Part shown: positions 8,932-18,015 of the stretch, piece by piece
Numbering within the stretch: position 1 is the stretch's first letter
How the letters are laid out: each line of letters begins with the position of its first letter
DNA from: an uncultured Pseudomonadota bacterium
GTDB taxonomy: Bacteria > Pseudomonadota > Alphaproteobacteria > RF32 > CAG-239
Length of the DNA stretch: 32,991 nucleotides
Direction: 5' to 3'
NCBI GenBank assembly: GCA_902797315.1
Contig: CADBSM010000046.1
Coordinates: forward strand, 1 to 32,991
Translations under genes and position numbers: made by a program
Notes under the pieces: generated by a model
Told to the model about the DNA's origin: nothing
Databases searched by the model: none
The model's input: only the letters and a program-made list of their open reading frames with translations

Positions 8932-9834
8932 TTACTCCAAATTTTGTACTTGTTCTCTGAATTGTTCAATAAGTGCTTTTAGTTCCATGCCGATTTTTGT
9001 TAATTCCAAATCCATAGATTTAGAGCATAGCGTATTTGCCTCACGATTAAGTTCCTGACATAAAAAGTCGAGTCTTCGCCCGACAACACCACCTTTGTGA
9101 AAAATATCTCGTGCAGTTAAAATATGTGCTTTAAGGCGATCTATTTCCTCTTTCACATCAGCACGCATAACATAAAATAAAATTTCTTGTTCTAAACGCT
9201 CAGGTGTTAAACTTGTATCTGCAAGATATTCTTCAATTTGAGCTTTAATCTTATCCTTGATAATTTGTTTAATGTTTAAGGCTATTTTTTCAGCATTGAA
9301 GGTTTTGTCTTCAAGAAAATCTAAAATACCAAGCAAGGCTTTAGCTATTTTTGTTCCCTCTGTCAGACGATCTTGATAAAGGGTTTCAAGAGCCTTTTCA
9401 AAAGCGCAAAAAATAGAATCTTTTAAAGTTTTAAGTGCACTTTCATCAAGTTCAGGATTTGTTTTTGTAATTACGCCTTGTATATTCAAAAGTTCGCTGA
9501 GAGATGGTTTTTCAAAAACATCTTTGTGATTAAGATAAATTTCATAAACTTGTTGAGTCAGTTTAGAAAGCAATTCTGAATCGACCTGAATCTCTGTATT
9601 TTTAAGTTCATTTTGAAGTGTAATAATGACACTAAAAGTTCCGCGCGAAAATTTCGAGCTTATTTTGGTTTTCAATTCATTTTCACAATCTTCTAGCAAA
9701 ACAGGAAGTTTAAATTTTGTATCCAGACCTTTAGCATTAACGGTTTTTATTTCAATGTTAAAACTATAGGAAAAAAACTCTGTTTTAATTTCGCCGCTTT
9801 GGTTTGCAAAACCTGTCATACTGGATATGTTCAA
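8932..9834 (-). CDS. yicC: YicC/YloC family endoribonuclease
   Basis: SMTGFA, EIKTVN, EEIDRL, GRRLDFLCQELNREANTLCSKS and EQFREQVQNLE; TTG start with AAGGAG RBS; conserved linkage to gmk. Confidence 0.93.
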   Translation of the reverse strand: MNISSMTGFANQSGEIKTEFFSYSFNIEIKTVNAKGLDTKFKLPVLLEDCENELKTKISSKFSRGTFSVIITLQNELKNTEIQVDSELLSKLTQQVYEIYLNHKDVFEKPSLSELLNIQGVITKTNPELDESALKTLKDSIFCAFEKALETLYQDRLTEGTKIAKALLGILDFLEDKTFNAEKIALNIKQIIKDKIKAQIEEYLADTSLTPERLEQEILFYVMRADVKEEIDRLKAHILTARDIFHKGGVVGRRLDFLCQELNREANTLCSKSMDLELTKIGMELKALIEQFREQVQNLE

Positions 9835-9908
9835 AAATATTCTCCTTTTTTTAATGTTTTCATGTTAGCTTAAAATAAATGTGTTAAAAATTTACTTAAA
9901 GGAAAGCC

Positions 9909-10670
9909 ATGAATAATATAGAAAATGTTTTAATTACGGGCGCTTCTTCAGGAATTGGTGAGGCTCTTGCTTTGCATTATGCAGCACATGGGGTTAAGAA
10001 ACTTTTTTTATGTGGACGCAATGAAGAGCGTCTTTGTAAGGTTGCTCAGGCTTGCCGTTCATACGGTGTAGAGGTCGATGAAAGCCTTATTGATGTAACA
10101 AATAAAGAGGCTGTTGGCGAATGGATTTTAAAGTCTAATCAACAAGCCCCCTTAGATATTGTTTTTGCAAATGCTGGTGTTTCAACGGGTACTGAAACGC
10201 CAGAACATATTTATCAAACTTTTCAAACAAATATTTTTGGCGTTTTAAATACTGTTACACCAGCCATTGAAATTTATAAAGCACGTGTTGAAAACCGTCC
10301 GAAAATTATTGCGGTGATGGCCTCTATTGCTGGGTATCACGGTTTAGCTTCGTGTCCTTCATATAGTGCAAGCAAAGCATGTGTTAAGGCGTATGGTGAG
10401 GCTCTTAGGGCGAGGCTCAAAGATAAAAATATTCAGGTTAATGTGATTTGTCCAGGATTTGTACGTTCGCGTATCACAGATAAAAATAAATGTCCAATGC
10501 CATTTTTTATGGAGGCTGATCAAGCTGCTTCTATTATTGCTAAAGGCATCGAAAAAAATGTTGGTTTGATAGCATTCCCATTTCCAATGCGTTTTGGTGC
10601 TTATTTGTTGTCGATTTTACCCAATGCAATTAGCAATTTTATCTACCAAAAATTGCCGCATAAAGTTTAA
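9909..10670 (+). CDS. SDR family NAD(P)-dependent oxidoreductase
   Basis: ITGASSGIG, NAG, YSASK catalytic motif, CPGFVRS. Confidence 0.92.
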   Translation: MNNIENVLITGASSGIGEALALHYAAHGVKKLFLCGRNEERLCKVAQACRSYGVEVDESLIDVTNKEAVGEWILKSNQQAPLDIVFANAGVSTGTETPEHIYQTFQTNIFGVLNTVTPAIEIYKARVENRPKIIAVMASIAGYHGLASCPSYSASKACVKAYGEALRARLKDKNIQVNVICPGFVRSRITDKNKCPMPFFMEADQAASIIAKGIEKNVGLIAFPFPMRFGAYLLSILPNAISNFIYQKLPHKV

Positions 10671-11188
10671 GTTCTTTGACGTCTGAGTAAAATATATAGA
10701 GCGCCACTACCGCCAAGTTTAGGGCTTGGGTGGATAAACGTCAAAATCATCGGACGTAGTTCATCACTTCGAAGCCATTGAGGCACACTTTGCTTTAAAG
10801 CACCTTTTACTTCAAAAATATCTTGCTCTTTATGTGGCAACCCCTTGCCCGTGACAATTAAAATAGCACGTTTGTTTTGAAGGTAAGCCGTCCTGACAAA
10901 GTTTTGAACGGCTGAAAAGGCTTTGTTTAAGGTAAATCCGTGCAAATCAAGGCTTGCTTCAACACCAAACTCTTCGCGTTTAAAACGTTTGAGTGTTTGT
11001 TTGTCAATATCGGAAGAGCTATTCAGTTCAACATCGTGTTTAAAATTTCGAAGAACAGGAATATGAGTTTCTTCTTTTTCGCCACGAAAACGGGACTTTG
11101 AAGTGCGAATATAAGGTTGTTTGTCTGATTTTATTTTTTGTACATCAGCTGTAACTTCGAGCCAAATAAGATCATCGTCTTCACTCAT
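10667..11188 (-). CDS. Smr/MutS family protein
   Basis: LDLHG, ILIVTGKG, VPQWL and GGSGALYILLRR; conserved position downstream of mltA. Confidence 0.92.
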   Translation of the reverse strand: MSEDDDLIWLEVTADVQKIKSDKQPYIRTSKSRFRGEKEETHIPVLRNFKHDVELNSSSDIDKQTLKRFKREEFGVEASLDLHGFTLNKAFSAVQNFVRTAYLQNKRAILIVTGKGLPHKEQDIFEVKGALKQSVPQWLRSDELRPMILTFIHPSPKLGGSGALYILLRRQRT

Positions 11189-11192
11189 TTTT

Positions 11193-12323
11193 TTATCTCG
11201 GCAATAAAATATAGAGTTGACCTTGTGCGTTCATTTTTCCGGCTTGAAGTAAAGCTTCTTCACCGTGTCCCCAGAAATAATCACCACGTATGGGTCCCTT
11301 GATTGCGGCACCAATATCCTGAGCTGCTACAATTTTTTGTAAAGGACGACCTGAAGGCTCGGTGGTGTCAAGCCAAAGGAGACTTCCAAGCGGTATAAAA
11401 GCAGGGTCAACAGCTAAACTTCTGCCGGCTTTTAATGGCACACCAAGAGCTCCCAATGGTCCACTGGCATCAGAAATTTTGTGAAAGATAAAGCGTGGAT
11501 TTTCGTTCATGTTAACATCAGCAATTTGCGGGTTGACTTTTAACCAATCTCTTATTTTATCCATAGAGGCTTCGCCTTTTTTTAAGAGACCTTTTTGAAG
11601 CAAAATGCTTCCAATGCCAACAAAACGATGACCATTGTTGTCAGCATAACTTATACGAACTTTGTTGCCGTCATCTAGCAAGGCAACAGCAGATCCCTGT
11701 ATTTGCATTAAAAAGATATCAACTTTATCATCACCCCACAAAATGACAGGAGCATCGATTCCCGAATTTTCTATTTCTTTTCTTGTATAGTAAGGAACAA
11801 GTTTATTTTGTTCAATTCTGCCTAAAATTCGTTTATTTGGAAGCTCTAAATCAAAATCTTTGAGGTTAATTTCAATCAAATCATAGGGCTTTCCATAAAT
11901 AGGATATTTATACTGTCCGTGCTTTGTTTTTGATGCTTTAAGTTCAGCTTCATAATAAGAAGTAAATTTGCCCTTTGAGCTGTTGTTTACAACAATCAAA
12001 TAAGGCTCAAAGTTGTGTTTGATAAAGTTTTTAACCGACAAATTATTTCGAGACTTTAAGGATTTAAATGAGTGGCATATATCGAGCATTTTTTTATGAT
12101 CAATTTTAATCTTAGAGTCCGAACTCAAAGATGTTTTTTTCTCAATAGCGTTGCAACTGTTTTGAAAGACATCTGAAATTTCAGAAAACTGGTCAGCATC
12201 AAAGGCTTCAATTTCTGAAAAATTTGTGCGTTTAAGCTGGATGTCATCTGGCAATGCAGATTCTTGTTGCGGTGCACATGAAAATAAGAAAAAAAATGTC
12301 AGTAAAAGTCCAAAATATTTCAT
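11193..12323 (-). CDS. mltA: Membrane-bound lytic murein transglycosylase A (lipoprotein)
   Basis: Start moved to MKYFG (ATGA overlap with the tim44 stop); lipobox LFSC; FTSYYE, QIQGS, SLAVDP and AQDIGAAIKGPIRGDYFWG. Confidence 0.93.
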   Translation of the reverse strand: MKYFGLLLTFFFLFSCAPQQESALPDDIQLKRTNFSEIEAFDADQFSEISDVFQNSCNAIEKKTSLSSDSKIKIDHKKMLDICHSFKSLKSRNNLSVKNFIKHNFEPYLIVVNNSSKGKFTSYYEAELKASKTKHGQYKYPIYGKPYDLIEINLKDFDLELPNKRILGRIEQNKLVPYYTRKEIENSGIDAPVILWGDDKVDIFLMQIQGSAVALLDDGNKVRISYADNNGHRFVGIGSILLQKGLLKKGEASMDKIRDWLKVNPQIADVNMNENPRFIFHKISDASGPLGALGVPLKAGRSLAVDPAFIPLGSLLWLDTTEPSGRPLQKIVAAQDIGAAIKGPIRGDYFWGHGEEALLQAGKMNAQGQLYILLPR

Positions 12324-12967
12324 AAGTTGTTTTTCTTTGTCGAGGTTAAAAGCCAAGTAGGTGAAGTTGAGTTGATATTTTTTTCAAAGGTCCAAAAATC
12401 AGTAATTTTTTGCACGAAATTTTCATCGCCTTCAATGATTTGTCCTTGATTGTCTTTAAGAAGGTTAATTTGATCAGAAACAAATTTGAGTGTAATTTTT
12501 GCCAAACCATGAGGTTCAATTTTGGCATCAGTTATTGAAATTTCATCAATCTTGATCAAATCTGTTTCGGAGGTGATATTATCTTTGATGCGTAAATCAA
12601 TAATTTCTTCAAATTTAGCGTAAAGAGCAGGGGATGTCAGCATTTCTATGGTTTCTTTATCTCGAGCTGAAAATGCGGCCAAAATCATTTCAAAGGCTTT
12701 GGATGCGCGTTTGATAAAAGATGATTTATCAAAATTTGGAATTTCAAGCAATATTGAATCAAATGGGGAAGGTTGAATCTTAATTTCCTGAACTTCAGAG
12801 GTTTCTGAAAATCCATTTTGTAAGATGTCATAAATTTTTTCAAACTCTTTTTTTGTAATAATTTTAACCTGAGGCTTTTGAGGTTTTGTCCCCAACACAT
12901 TGTTTAAGCGCAGTAAGATGACAACAACAAGAAGCCCTAAAAAAATTAAATCAACATAAGCCGACAT
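12320..12967 (-). CDS. Tim44/TimA family putative adaptor protein
   Basis: N-terminal TM ending LNNVLG; AFEMILAAF, FVSDQI and ITDFWTFEK...PTWLL; upstream of mltA and divergent from secB. Start taken at MSAYV (GAGGG RBS). Confidence 0.88.
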   Translation of the reverse strand: MSAYVDLIFLGLLVVVILLRLNNVLGTKPQKPQVKIITKKEFEKIYDILQNGFSETSEVQEIKIQPSPFDSILLEIPNFDKSSFIKRASKAFEMILAAFSARDKETIEMLTSPALYAKFEEIIDLRIKDNITSETDLIKIDEISITDAKIEPHGLAKITLKFVSDQINLLKDNQGQIIEGDENFVQKITDFWTFEKNINSTSPTWLLTSTKKNNL

Positions 12968-13123
12968 TTTTCCCTCAATCAAGAATTTTTTTATAAATCT
13001 TCAAAAAAGATATATAACTTATTTAATAAATATTATCAACTGTTATATTTTATTTGACGTGAAAAAATATTTAAGTTAAATAGTAGGCTATCTAAAATAA
13101 AGATTAGAAAGAAAGGTAACAAA

Positions 13124-13582
13124 ATGACTAAAGAAAATAAAGAAAAAAATGAAAGCATGCAACCGGCGCTGATGATTAATAGCCAATATATCAAGGATTT
13201 ATCGCTTGAAATTCCGCACGCACCTGAAATTTTCAAAGAACTAACCAAACAACCGCAGCTTAAGGTTGATGTCAAAATAGATACGGATGATTTGGGTGAT
13301 CATGCTTATAATGTGGCATTAAGCTTAGCTCTTAACGGTGATTTGGATACGAAAAAATTGTTTATTTTAGAGTTAACATATTCGGCAGTTGTTGTTCTTA
13401 ATGTTCAAGAAGAGCATATTGAGCCGATTTTAAATATTGAAATTCCAAGATTGCTGTTTCCGTTTGCCAGAAACATTATTGCACAATGCTTGATGGAAGG
13501 CGGACTTCCTCCATTGATGCTCAATCCGATTGATTTTGGCGCTGTTTATGCTGCTCGTCAAGCAGCAAAAGGCAAAAATTAA
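13124..13582 (+). CDS. secB: Protein-export chaperone SecB
   Basis: QYIKDLSLEIP, PRLLFPFARNII and GGLPPLMLNPIDF. Confidence 0.95.
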   Translation: MTKENKEKNESMQPALMINSQYIKDLSLEIPHAPEIFKELTKQPQLKVDVKIDTDDLGDHAYNVALSLALNGDLDTKKLFILELTYSAVVVLNVQEEHIEPILNIEIPRLLFPFARNIIAQCLMEGGLPPLMLNPIDFGAVYAARQAAKGKN

Positions 13583-13583
13583 A

Positions 13584-14054
13584 ATGCGTTTAGCGCTTTT
13601 TCAACCTGATATTGCACAAAATACGGGCACGCTTCTAAGATTGGGGGCGTGCCTTGATTTGCCCATAGACATTATTGAACCGTGTGGTTTTATGTTCAAT
13701 GATAAAGGCATACGCCGTTCAGGGATGGACTATCTTGATTTGGTTTCATACCGAAAACATGCCAGTTGGGACGATTTTTTAAAATATCGTGCAGAACACA
13801 GCAATGAGTATGGGCGAATCGTTCTTTTGACGACACATGCTTGCTTGCCATATACTGATTTTTCTTTTCAAAAAAATGATATTATTTTGATGGGGCGTGA
13901 AAGCGCCGGTGTTCCAGAGATAGTGCATCAACTAGCAGATGCCAGACTTCTAATTCCAATGACAAAATCAGCCCGCTCAATTAATGTTGCTCTTTCGGCG
14001 GTAATGGTTGTTGGTGAAGCCTTAAGGCAGACAAATTTGTTTCCAAAAATTTAA
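13584..14054 (+). CDS. trmL: tRNA (cytidine(34)-2'-O)-methyltransferase TrmL
   Basis: MRLALFQPDIAQNTG, RRSGMDY, GRESAGVP and RSINVA SPOUT motifs. Start moved to the ATG 1 nt after the secB stop. Confidence 0.92.
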   Translation: MRLALFQPDIAQNTGTLLRLGACLDLPIDIIEPCGFMFNDKGIRRSGMDYLDLVSYRKHASWDDFLKYRAEHSNEYGRIVLLTTHACLPYTDFSFQKNDIILMGRESAGVPEIVHQLADARLLIPMTKSARSINVALSAVMVVGEALRQTNLFPKI

Positions 14055-14072
14055 TTTTTTTCATTTTTAGAC

Positions 14073-14101
14073 TAGATTTGTATCAAAAAATGTGGTATAC
14101 T
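14073..14101 (+). promoter_or_regulatory. Putative extended -10 promoter of carD
   Basis: TGgTATACT at 14093-14101 with a weak -35 (TAGATT) 17 nt upstream of the -10 hexamer. Confidence 0.5.
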
Positions 14102-14145
14102 CCACCTGTTTTGATGTTGAAAATCTAGAAAAATAGGTGAATAAC

Positions 14146-14652
14146 ATGAGTATAAAAAAATTGCCGACCGTTTCTTTTAATTCTGGCGATTATGTGGTTT
14201 ATCCAACACATGGTGTGGGTAAAATTTCAGACATTTCCAAACAGACCATTGCAGGCTCTGAGCTTGAGCTGCTAGTCGTTAATTTTGACAAAGATAAAAT
14301 GACGCTGAGGATTCCTGTGGCCAAGATAGAAAATGTTGGTTTGAGAAAAATTTCTGAAGAATCGACAATTAATCAAGCATTAGAAACCTTAAAGGGCAAA
14401 GCTAAGGTCAAAAAAATTATGTGGTCGAGACGAGCTCAGGAATATGAAAACAAAATTAACTCAGGCAATCCGGTTGCTGTTGCTGAAGTTGTTCGAGATT
14501 TATATCGTAGTGAGAATTTGGCAGAACAGTCATACAGTGAACGCCAGATTTATGAACAAGCCTTTGACAGATTAGCTTCAGAGGTTGCTGTTTTTGATCA
14601 TTCTTCTGTAGAAGAAGCAAACAAAAAGCTTTTGAGTTTTCTTGCTAAATAA
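14146..14652 (+). CDS. carD: CarD/CdnL family transcriptional regulator
   Basis: GDYVVYPTHGVG, MTLRIP, WSRRAQEYENKINSG, AEVVRDL and SYSERQIYE. ATG 14146 preferred because of the AGGTG RBS; GTG 14137 is an alternative. Confidence 0.95.
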   Translation: MSIKKLPTVSFNSGDYVVYPTHGVGKISDISKQTIAGSELELLVVNFDKDKMTLRIPVAKIENVGLRKISEESTINQALETLKGKAKVKKIMWSRRAQEYENKINSGNPVAVAEVVRDLYRSENLAEQSYSERQIYEQAFDRLASEVAVFDHSSVEEANKKLLSFLAK

Positions 14653-14674
14653 GCTTTAATGAACCATTGTTTCA

Positions 14675-14713
14675 AAAAAGAGACCCACGCGTTTTACGCG
14701 TGGGTCTCTTTTT
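14675..14713. terminator. Bidirectional intrinsic terminator between carD and aas
   Basis: AAAAAGAGACCCACGCGT-TTT-ACGCGTGGGTCTCTTTTT: perfect 18-bp GC-rich inverted repeat with A and T tails. Confidence 0.9.
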
Positions 14714-14727
14714 GGTTTCAAAACTTT

Positions 14728-16899
14728 CTAAGCTATTTTTTCTAATTCTGCTAAGACTTCTTTTTTCAAAGTGATGTTATCGACTTTACCTGTGGCTGAA
14801 GTCGGAATTTTGTCTCTGAAAATAATGCGTCTTGGCATGTAAAGCTCAGGATAACCATTTTGTTTAATGAAATCACGAAGCATATCTGTTGTTAAAGTCT
14901 GTTCATTGGTGACTAAAATAATCTGTTCACCTTTTTGCTCATGGGGCACAGCAACAACACCGCAGCAAAAATCATCTTTGCCTTCATAGGCTTTATTAAT
15001 CATATTTTCAACGGCTTTTAATGAGACCATTTCACCGCCGATTTTTGCAAAACGTTTAATACGGTCTTTAATGGTAATAAAGCCAATTTCATCAATTTCA
15101 ACAACATCTCCAGTGTGATACCAACCATTATGAGGAGGTACCAAAACGCCTGGGTTTTCAGCTAAAATGTAACCAGACATGACATTCGGCCCTTTAACAA
15201 CAAGCTCGCCGCCTTTTTCAATGCCATCAACTTTTTCAAGTCTGCATTCCATCCCTGGGCATAATTTACCGATTGTGCCAAATTTGTTAAAGACCATGTT
15301 GTTTCCGGCAACAGCGGGAGAACATTCTGTGGTGCCATAAGCTTCCATCAAGCGTGTACCTAAACGTTCATTTAAAATGTTTCGTGTATCAAGTTTCACT
15401 CCTTCAGCACCAGCATAAACCAAACGAAGAGATCCGAAATCAAGCGGATGGGATATTTTTGCATAACTTCTGAAGAATGTATCTGTACCAATCATGACCG
15501 TGGCACCAAGTTCATATAAAAGATCTGAGATGACGCGGAAATGCAACGGTGAAGGATATAAGAAAACTTTTGCGCCTTGATAAAGAGCATAAAGTGTTCC
15601 CAAAACAAGACCAAAACTGTGGAAAATCGGCATAGAGTTTAAGACAATATCGCGTTTATTCAAAGTTTCAAAAGTTGCAATTTGCCATACATTTGAAATA
15701 ACATTTTTATTTGAAAGAACAACAGCTTTCGGTGCGCCTTCTGAACCAGATGTAAATAAAATAACAGCACGGTCTTCTGGGGTGGCTTTATAAGGCACAT
15801 ATTTAACTTTGTACTGCAACAAAGCCAATATTTTTGCAAAAATAGAAACTTTGCGCCCGACCTCTTCAAGATAAATGATTTCAAATCCGGCTTCTTGAAT
15901 GGCTTGAATCAATGATTCTAAACCGGCTTTTTTGACAAACATTTTAGAGGTAATCACTTTTTTAGCTAGAACTGTTTTCAAACCACTGACGACATTTTGT
16001 GGGCCGGCGCTGAAATTAAGCATAACGGGAACTTGTCCATAGGCATTTAAGCCAAAAAACGTGCAAATAGCAGCAACCGAATTAGGTAACATGATACCAA
16101 TCGATTCTTGATGTGTCGAAATTTTTGAAAAATAGCGTCCTAATACATATGATTTAAGTAAAATATCCTTAAAAGTATTGGGCTTTCTTGTGATATCTTC
16201 TAAGACATATGGGCGACGCAAACCAAAACAACGTTTTGCATGTATTTTTGAGGCTTTGATAAGTTGGGTAAAAACTGTTTGTTTGGGATCATAAATCGAT
16301 TCAAACATTTGCTCACGCATAATCATATAAATTTCATTTGAAATATGGTTGCGCTGATGTCTTAATTCGTCTTTAAGTTTTAAAGGACGGGGTTTGTCAA
16401 CCACAATTTTGACATGCGGGAAGTAGCGGTGAGGTAAACGTCCGCCAGTTTTTGAAAAATGACAATATTGTAAACCATTAATCCAAATTGGAATAACAGG
16501 AGCATCAGTCTTATCTGCTAACAAACCAGCTGATTCGTAGATTTTCATAATGTTGCCGTTTGTTGTCATGCGTCCTTCTGGAAAAATAACACAAAGGCGC
16601 CCAGAGTTAACGGTCGCAATCAAATTTTTCAAGTCAGGAACATCTAAGTTGCCGTATTCCATAATGTCAGCCGTTTTCATCAATAGTCTAATCCAGTAAT
16701 TTCTGTAAAGCTGACCATGCAAGGCAAAAACTGGATCTCCCGGCAAAAATGCAAACAAGACAATAGGGTCAACCCATGAGACATGGTTTGAAATGTAAAC
16801 ACCTTTGTGTGGCAACTCAGAAACATCAAAGCGCATTTGAAAACGCACCTTAAAAAGTCTGAAAAAGCACCTTAAGATAAAACGTACAATAGAACGCAT
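14728..16899 (-). CDS. aas: Bifunctional 2-acylglycerophosphoethanolamine acyltransferase / acyl-ACP synthetase
   Basis: PlsC domain (SNHVSWVD, IFPEGR) followed by an AMP-binding domain (LFTSGSEGAPKAV, YGTTE, WYHTGD, RFAKIGGEMVSL, ATGKVD). Confidence 0.92.
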   Translation of the reverse strand: MRSIVRFILRCFFRLFKVRFQMRFDVSELPHKGVYISNHVSWVDPIVLFAFLPGDPVFALHGQLYRNYWIRLLMKTADIMEYGNLDVPDLKNLIATVNSGRLCVIFPEGRMTTNGNIMKIYESAGLLADKTDAPVIPIWINGLQYCHFSKTGGRLPHRYFPHVKIVVDKPRPLKLKDELRHQRNHISNEIYMIMREQMFESIYDPKQTVFTQLIKASKIHAKRCFGLRRPYVLEDITRKPNTFKDILLKSYVLGRYFSKISTHQESIGIMLPNSVAAICTFFGLNAYGQVPVMLNFSAGPQNVVSGLKTVLAKKVITSKMFVKKAGLESLIQAIQEAGFEIIYLEEVGRKVSIFAKILALLQYKVKYVPYKATPEDRAVILFTSGSEGAPKAVVLSNKNVISNVWQIATFETLNKRDIVLNSMPIFHSFGLVLGTLYALYQGAKVFLYPSPLHFRVISDLLYELGATVMIGTDTFFRSYAKISHPLDFGSLRLVYAGAEGVKLDTRNILNERLGTRLMEAYGTTECSPAVAGNNMVFNKFGTIGKLCPGMECRLEKVDGIEKGGELVVKGPNVMSGYILAENPGVLVPPHNGWYHTGDVVEIDEIGFITIKDRIKRFAKIGGEMVSLKAVENMINKAYEGKDDFCCGVVAVPHEQKGEQIILVTNEQTLTTDMLRDFIKQNGYPELYMPRRIIFRDKIPTSATGKVDNITLKKEVLAELEKIA

Positions 16900-17044
16900 T
16901 TTTTTTAATCTCCATTCACAGAATATTTCGCATTATTTCTATTGAAAATATATCGAATGTATTTAATTGTAAAGTAGGCACTTTTAGGAAACTATTAGGA
17001 AATTGTGTATAAAATTGAAAATATTTTTAAAGGAGGCAATGGTG

Positions 17045-17419
17045 ATGAAAAAAATAATAACCTTAGCTTTGTTTATTTTCTTGGCAGCCTGTCAAAAAAA
17101 TGTTCTTTTCCCGAGTGATAACGGAAAAACACTTTATTTAAAGCTTGGAGATATTTTCAGTATACAACTACCTGAAAATCCCTCTACAGGATATCAATGG
17201 CACTTAATTTTTAATCCTGAAAATCAAGCGATCTTATCTCAGAGAGCAGATCGTTATGCACATTCACAGACAGGACTGGTAGGTGCCTCGGGAGAACGCA
17301 ATTTTAGCTATCAAGCAACGGGAATCGGAAGAGTAGACATATATGCAACATATGCGCGACCATGGGATGAGAGCAGTTCAAGGCAACCCTCTATACAATA
17401 TACCATTGTTGTGCAATAA
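17045..17419 (+). CDS. Chagasin-family (I42) cysteine peptidase inhibitor lipoprotein
   Basis: Lipobox LAAC after MKKIITLALFIF; signature loops ENPSTGYQW, LVGASG and YARPWD; AAGGAGG RBS. Confidence 0.9.
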   Translation: MKKIITLALFIFLAACQKNVLFPSDNGKTLYLKLGDIFSIQLPENPSTGYQWHLIFNPENQAILSQRADRYAHSQTGLVGASGERNFSYQATGIGRVDIYATYARPWDESSSRQPSIQYTIVVQ

Positions 17420-17424
17420 AAAAG

Positions 17425-17880
17425 CTATTTCTCTTTTTTAAATGGTTTAACATAGGCAATGGCAGCGTGTTCGTCGCAGTACGTCTGTCCGGTACGAACT
17501 TTTTTGCCGCAAAAGCAGAAGTTTTCATCTTTTGGATCGCCGATAGGCCAGCGACAACTGTGGTTGTCAAGTTCATTTAATCTGAGACATTTTTTGCTTT
17601 CCGAAGAATTTTGTTTTTCTGAGGTTTTTTGTACTGCGCTTGTCGAAACATTTTTTTCTTTTGGTTCGATATCTTTTTTTAAGATTGTTTGTGTTTTTTT
17701 AGTAACTTTTTTTTCTTCTTTTTTCTTAATAGGGGAGGGACGTGCAGATAAGTTAAGGCGATGAACTTTCCCTACAACAGAATTTTTTGAAAGTCCAAGC
17801 TCTTTAGCAATTTCGTTGGTTGTCGCACCACCGAGCCACATACTTGTCAGTTTTTCGACCATTTCATCTGTCCATGCCAT
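17425..17880 (-). CDS. gcrA: Cell-cycle regulator GcrA
   Basis: MAWTDE...EIAKELG.SKNSVVGKVHRLNL and C-terminal CRWPIGDP...FCFCG...YCDEH...AY. Confidence 0.93.
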   Translation of the reverse strand: MAWTDEMVEKLTSMWLGGATTNEIAKELGLSKNSVVGKVHRLNLSARPSPIKKKEEKKVTKKTQTILKKDIEPKEKNVSTSAVQKTSEKQNSSESKKCLRLNELDNHSCRWPIGDPKDENFCFCGKKVRTGQTYCDEHAAIAYVKPFKKEK

Positions 17881-18015
17881 TTATTTTCTCCATTATTCGG
17901 TTTCAGATTGAGGACAATTTAATTGAATATCTTTGAGAAGTCTAGAACTAATTTTAAAAATATTGTGTTTTTTCGTTTTTAAGTGTATCATCTCAAAAAA
18001 ATAAAGGAAAAATGT

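Noticed and set aside
9884-9899. TTAA-N8-TTAA upstream of the SDR gene as a CtrA box
   Set aside because: The spacer is 8 nt rather than 7, and TTAA is very common in this AT-rich DNA.
10667-10670. Convergent SDR and smr genes share the TTAA stop palindrome
   Set aside because: A common compaction feature with no further evidence of function.
12324-12356. Longer ORF-track starts for mltA (and similarly trmL, the I42 inhibitor, the 420-aa ORF and the Cys-rich ORF)
   Set aside because: Downstream ATGs fit better with RBS position, signal peptides and stop-start coupling.
14675-14713. Perfect 18-bp inverted repeat as a MITE or REP element
   Set aside because: Single copy in the window, with A/T tails and a position between convergent genes; a bidirectional terminator explains it.
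17459-17764. 101-aa ORF antisense to gcrA
   Set aside because: It lies wholly within gcrA, and its Phe-richness mirrors the Lys codons of gcrA.
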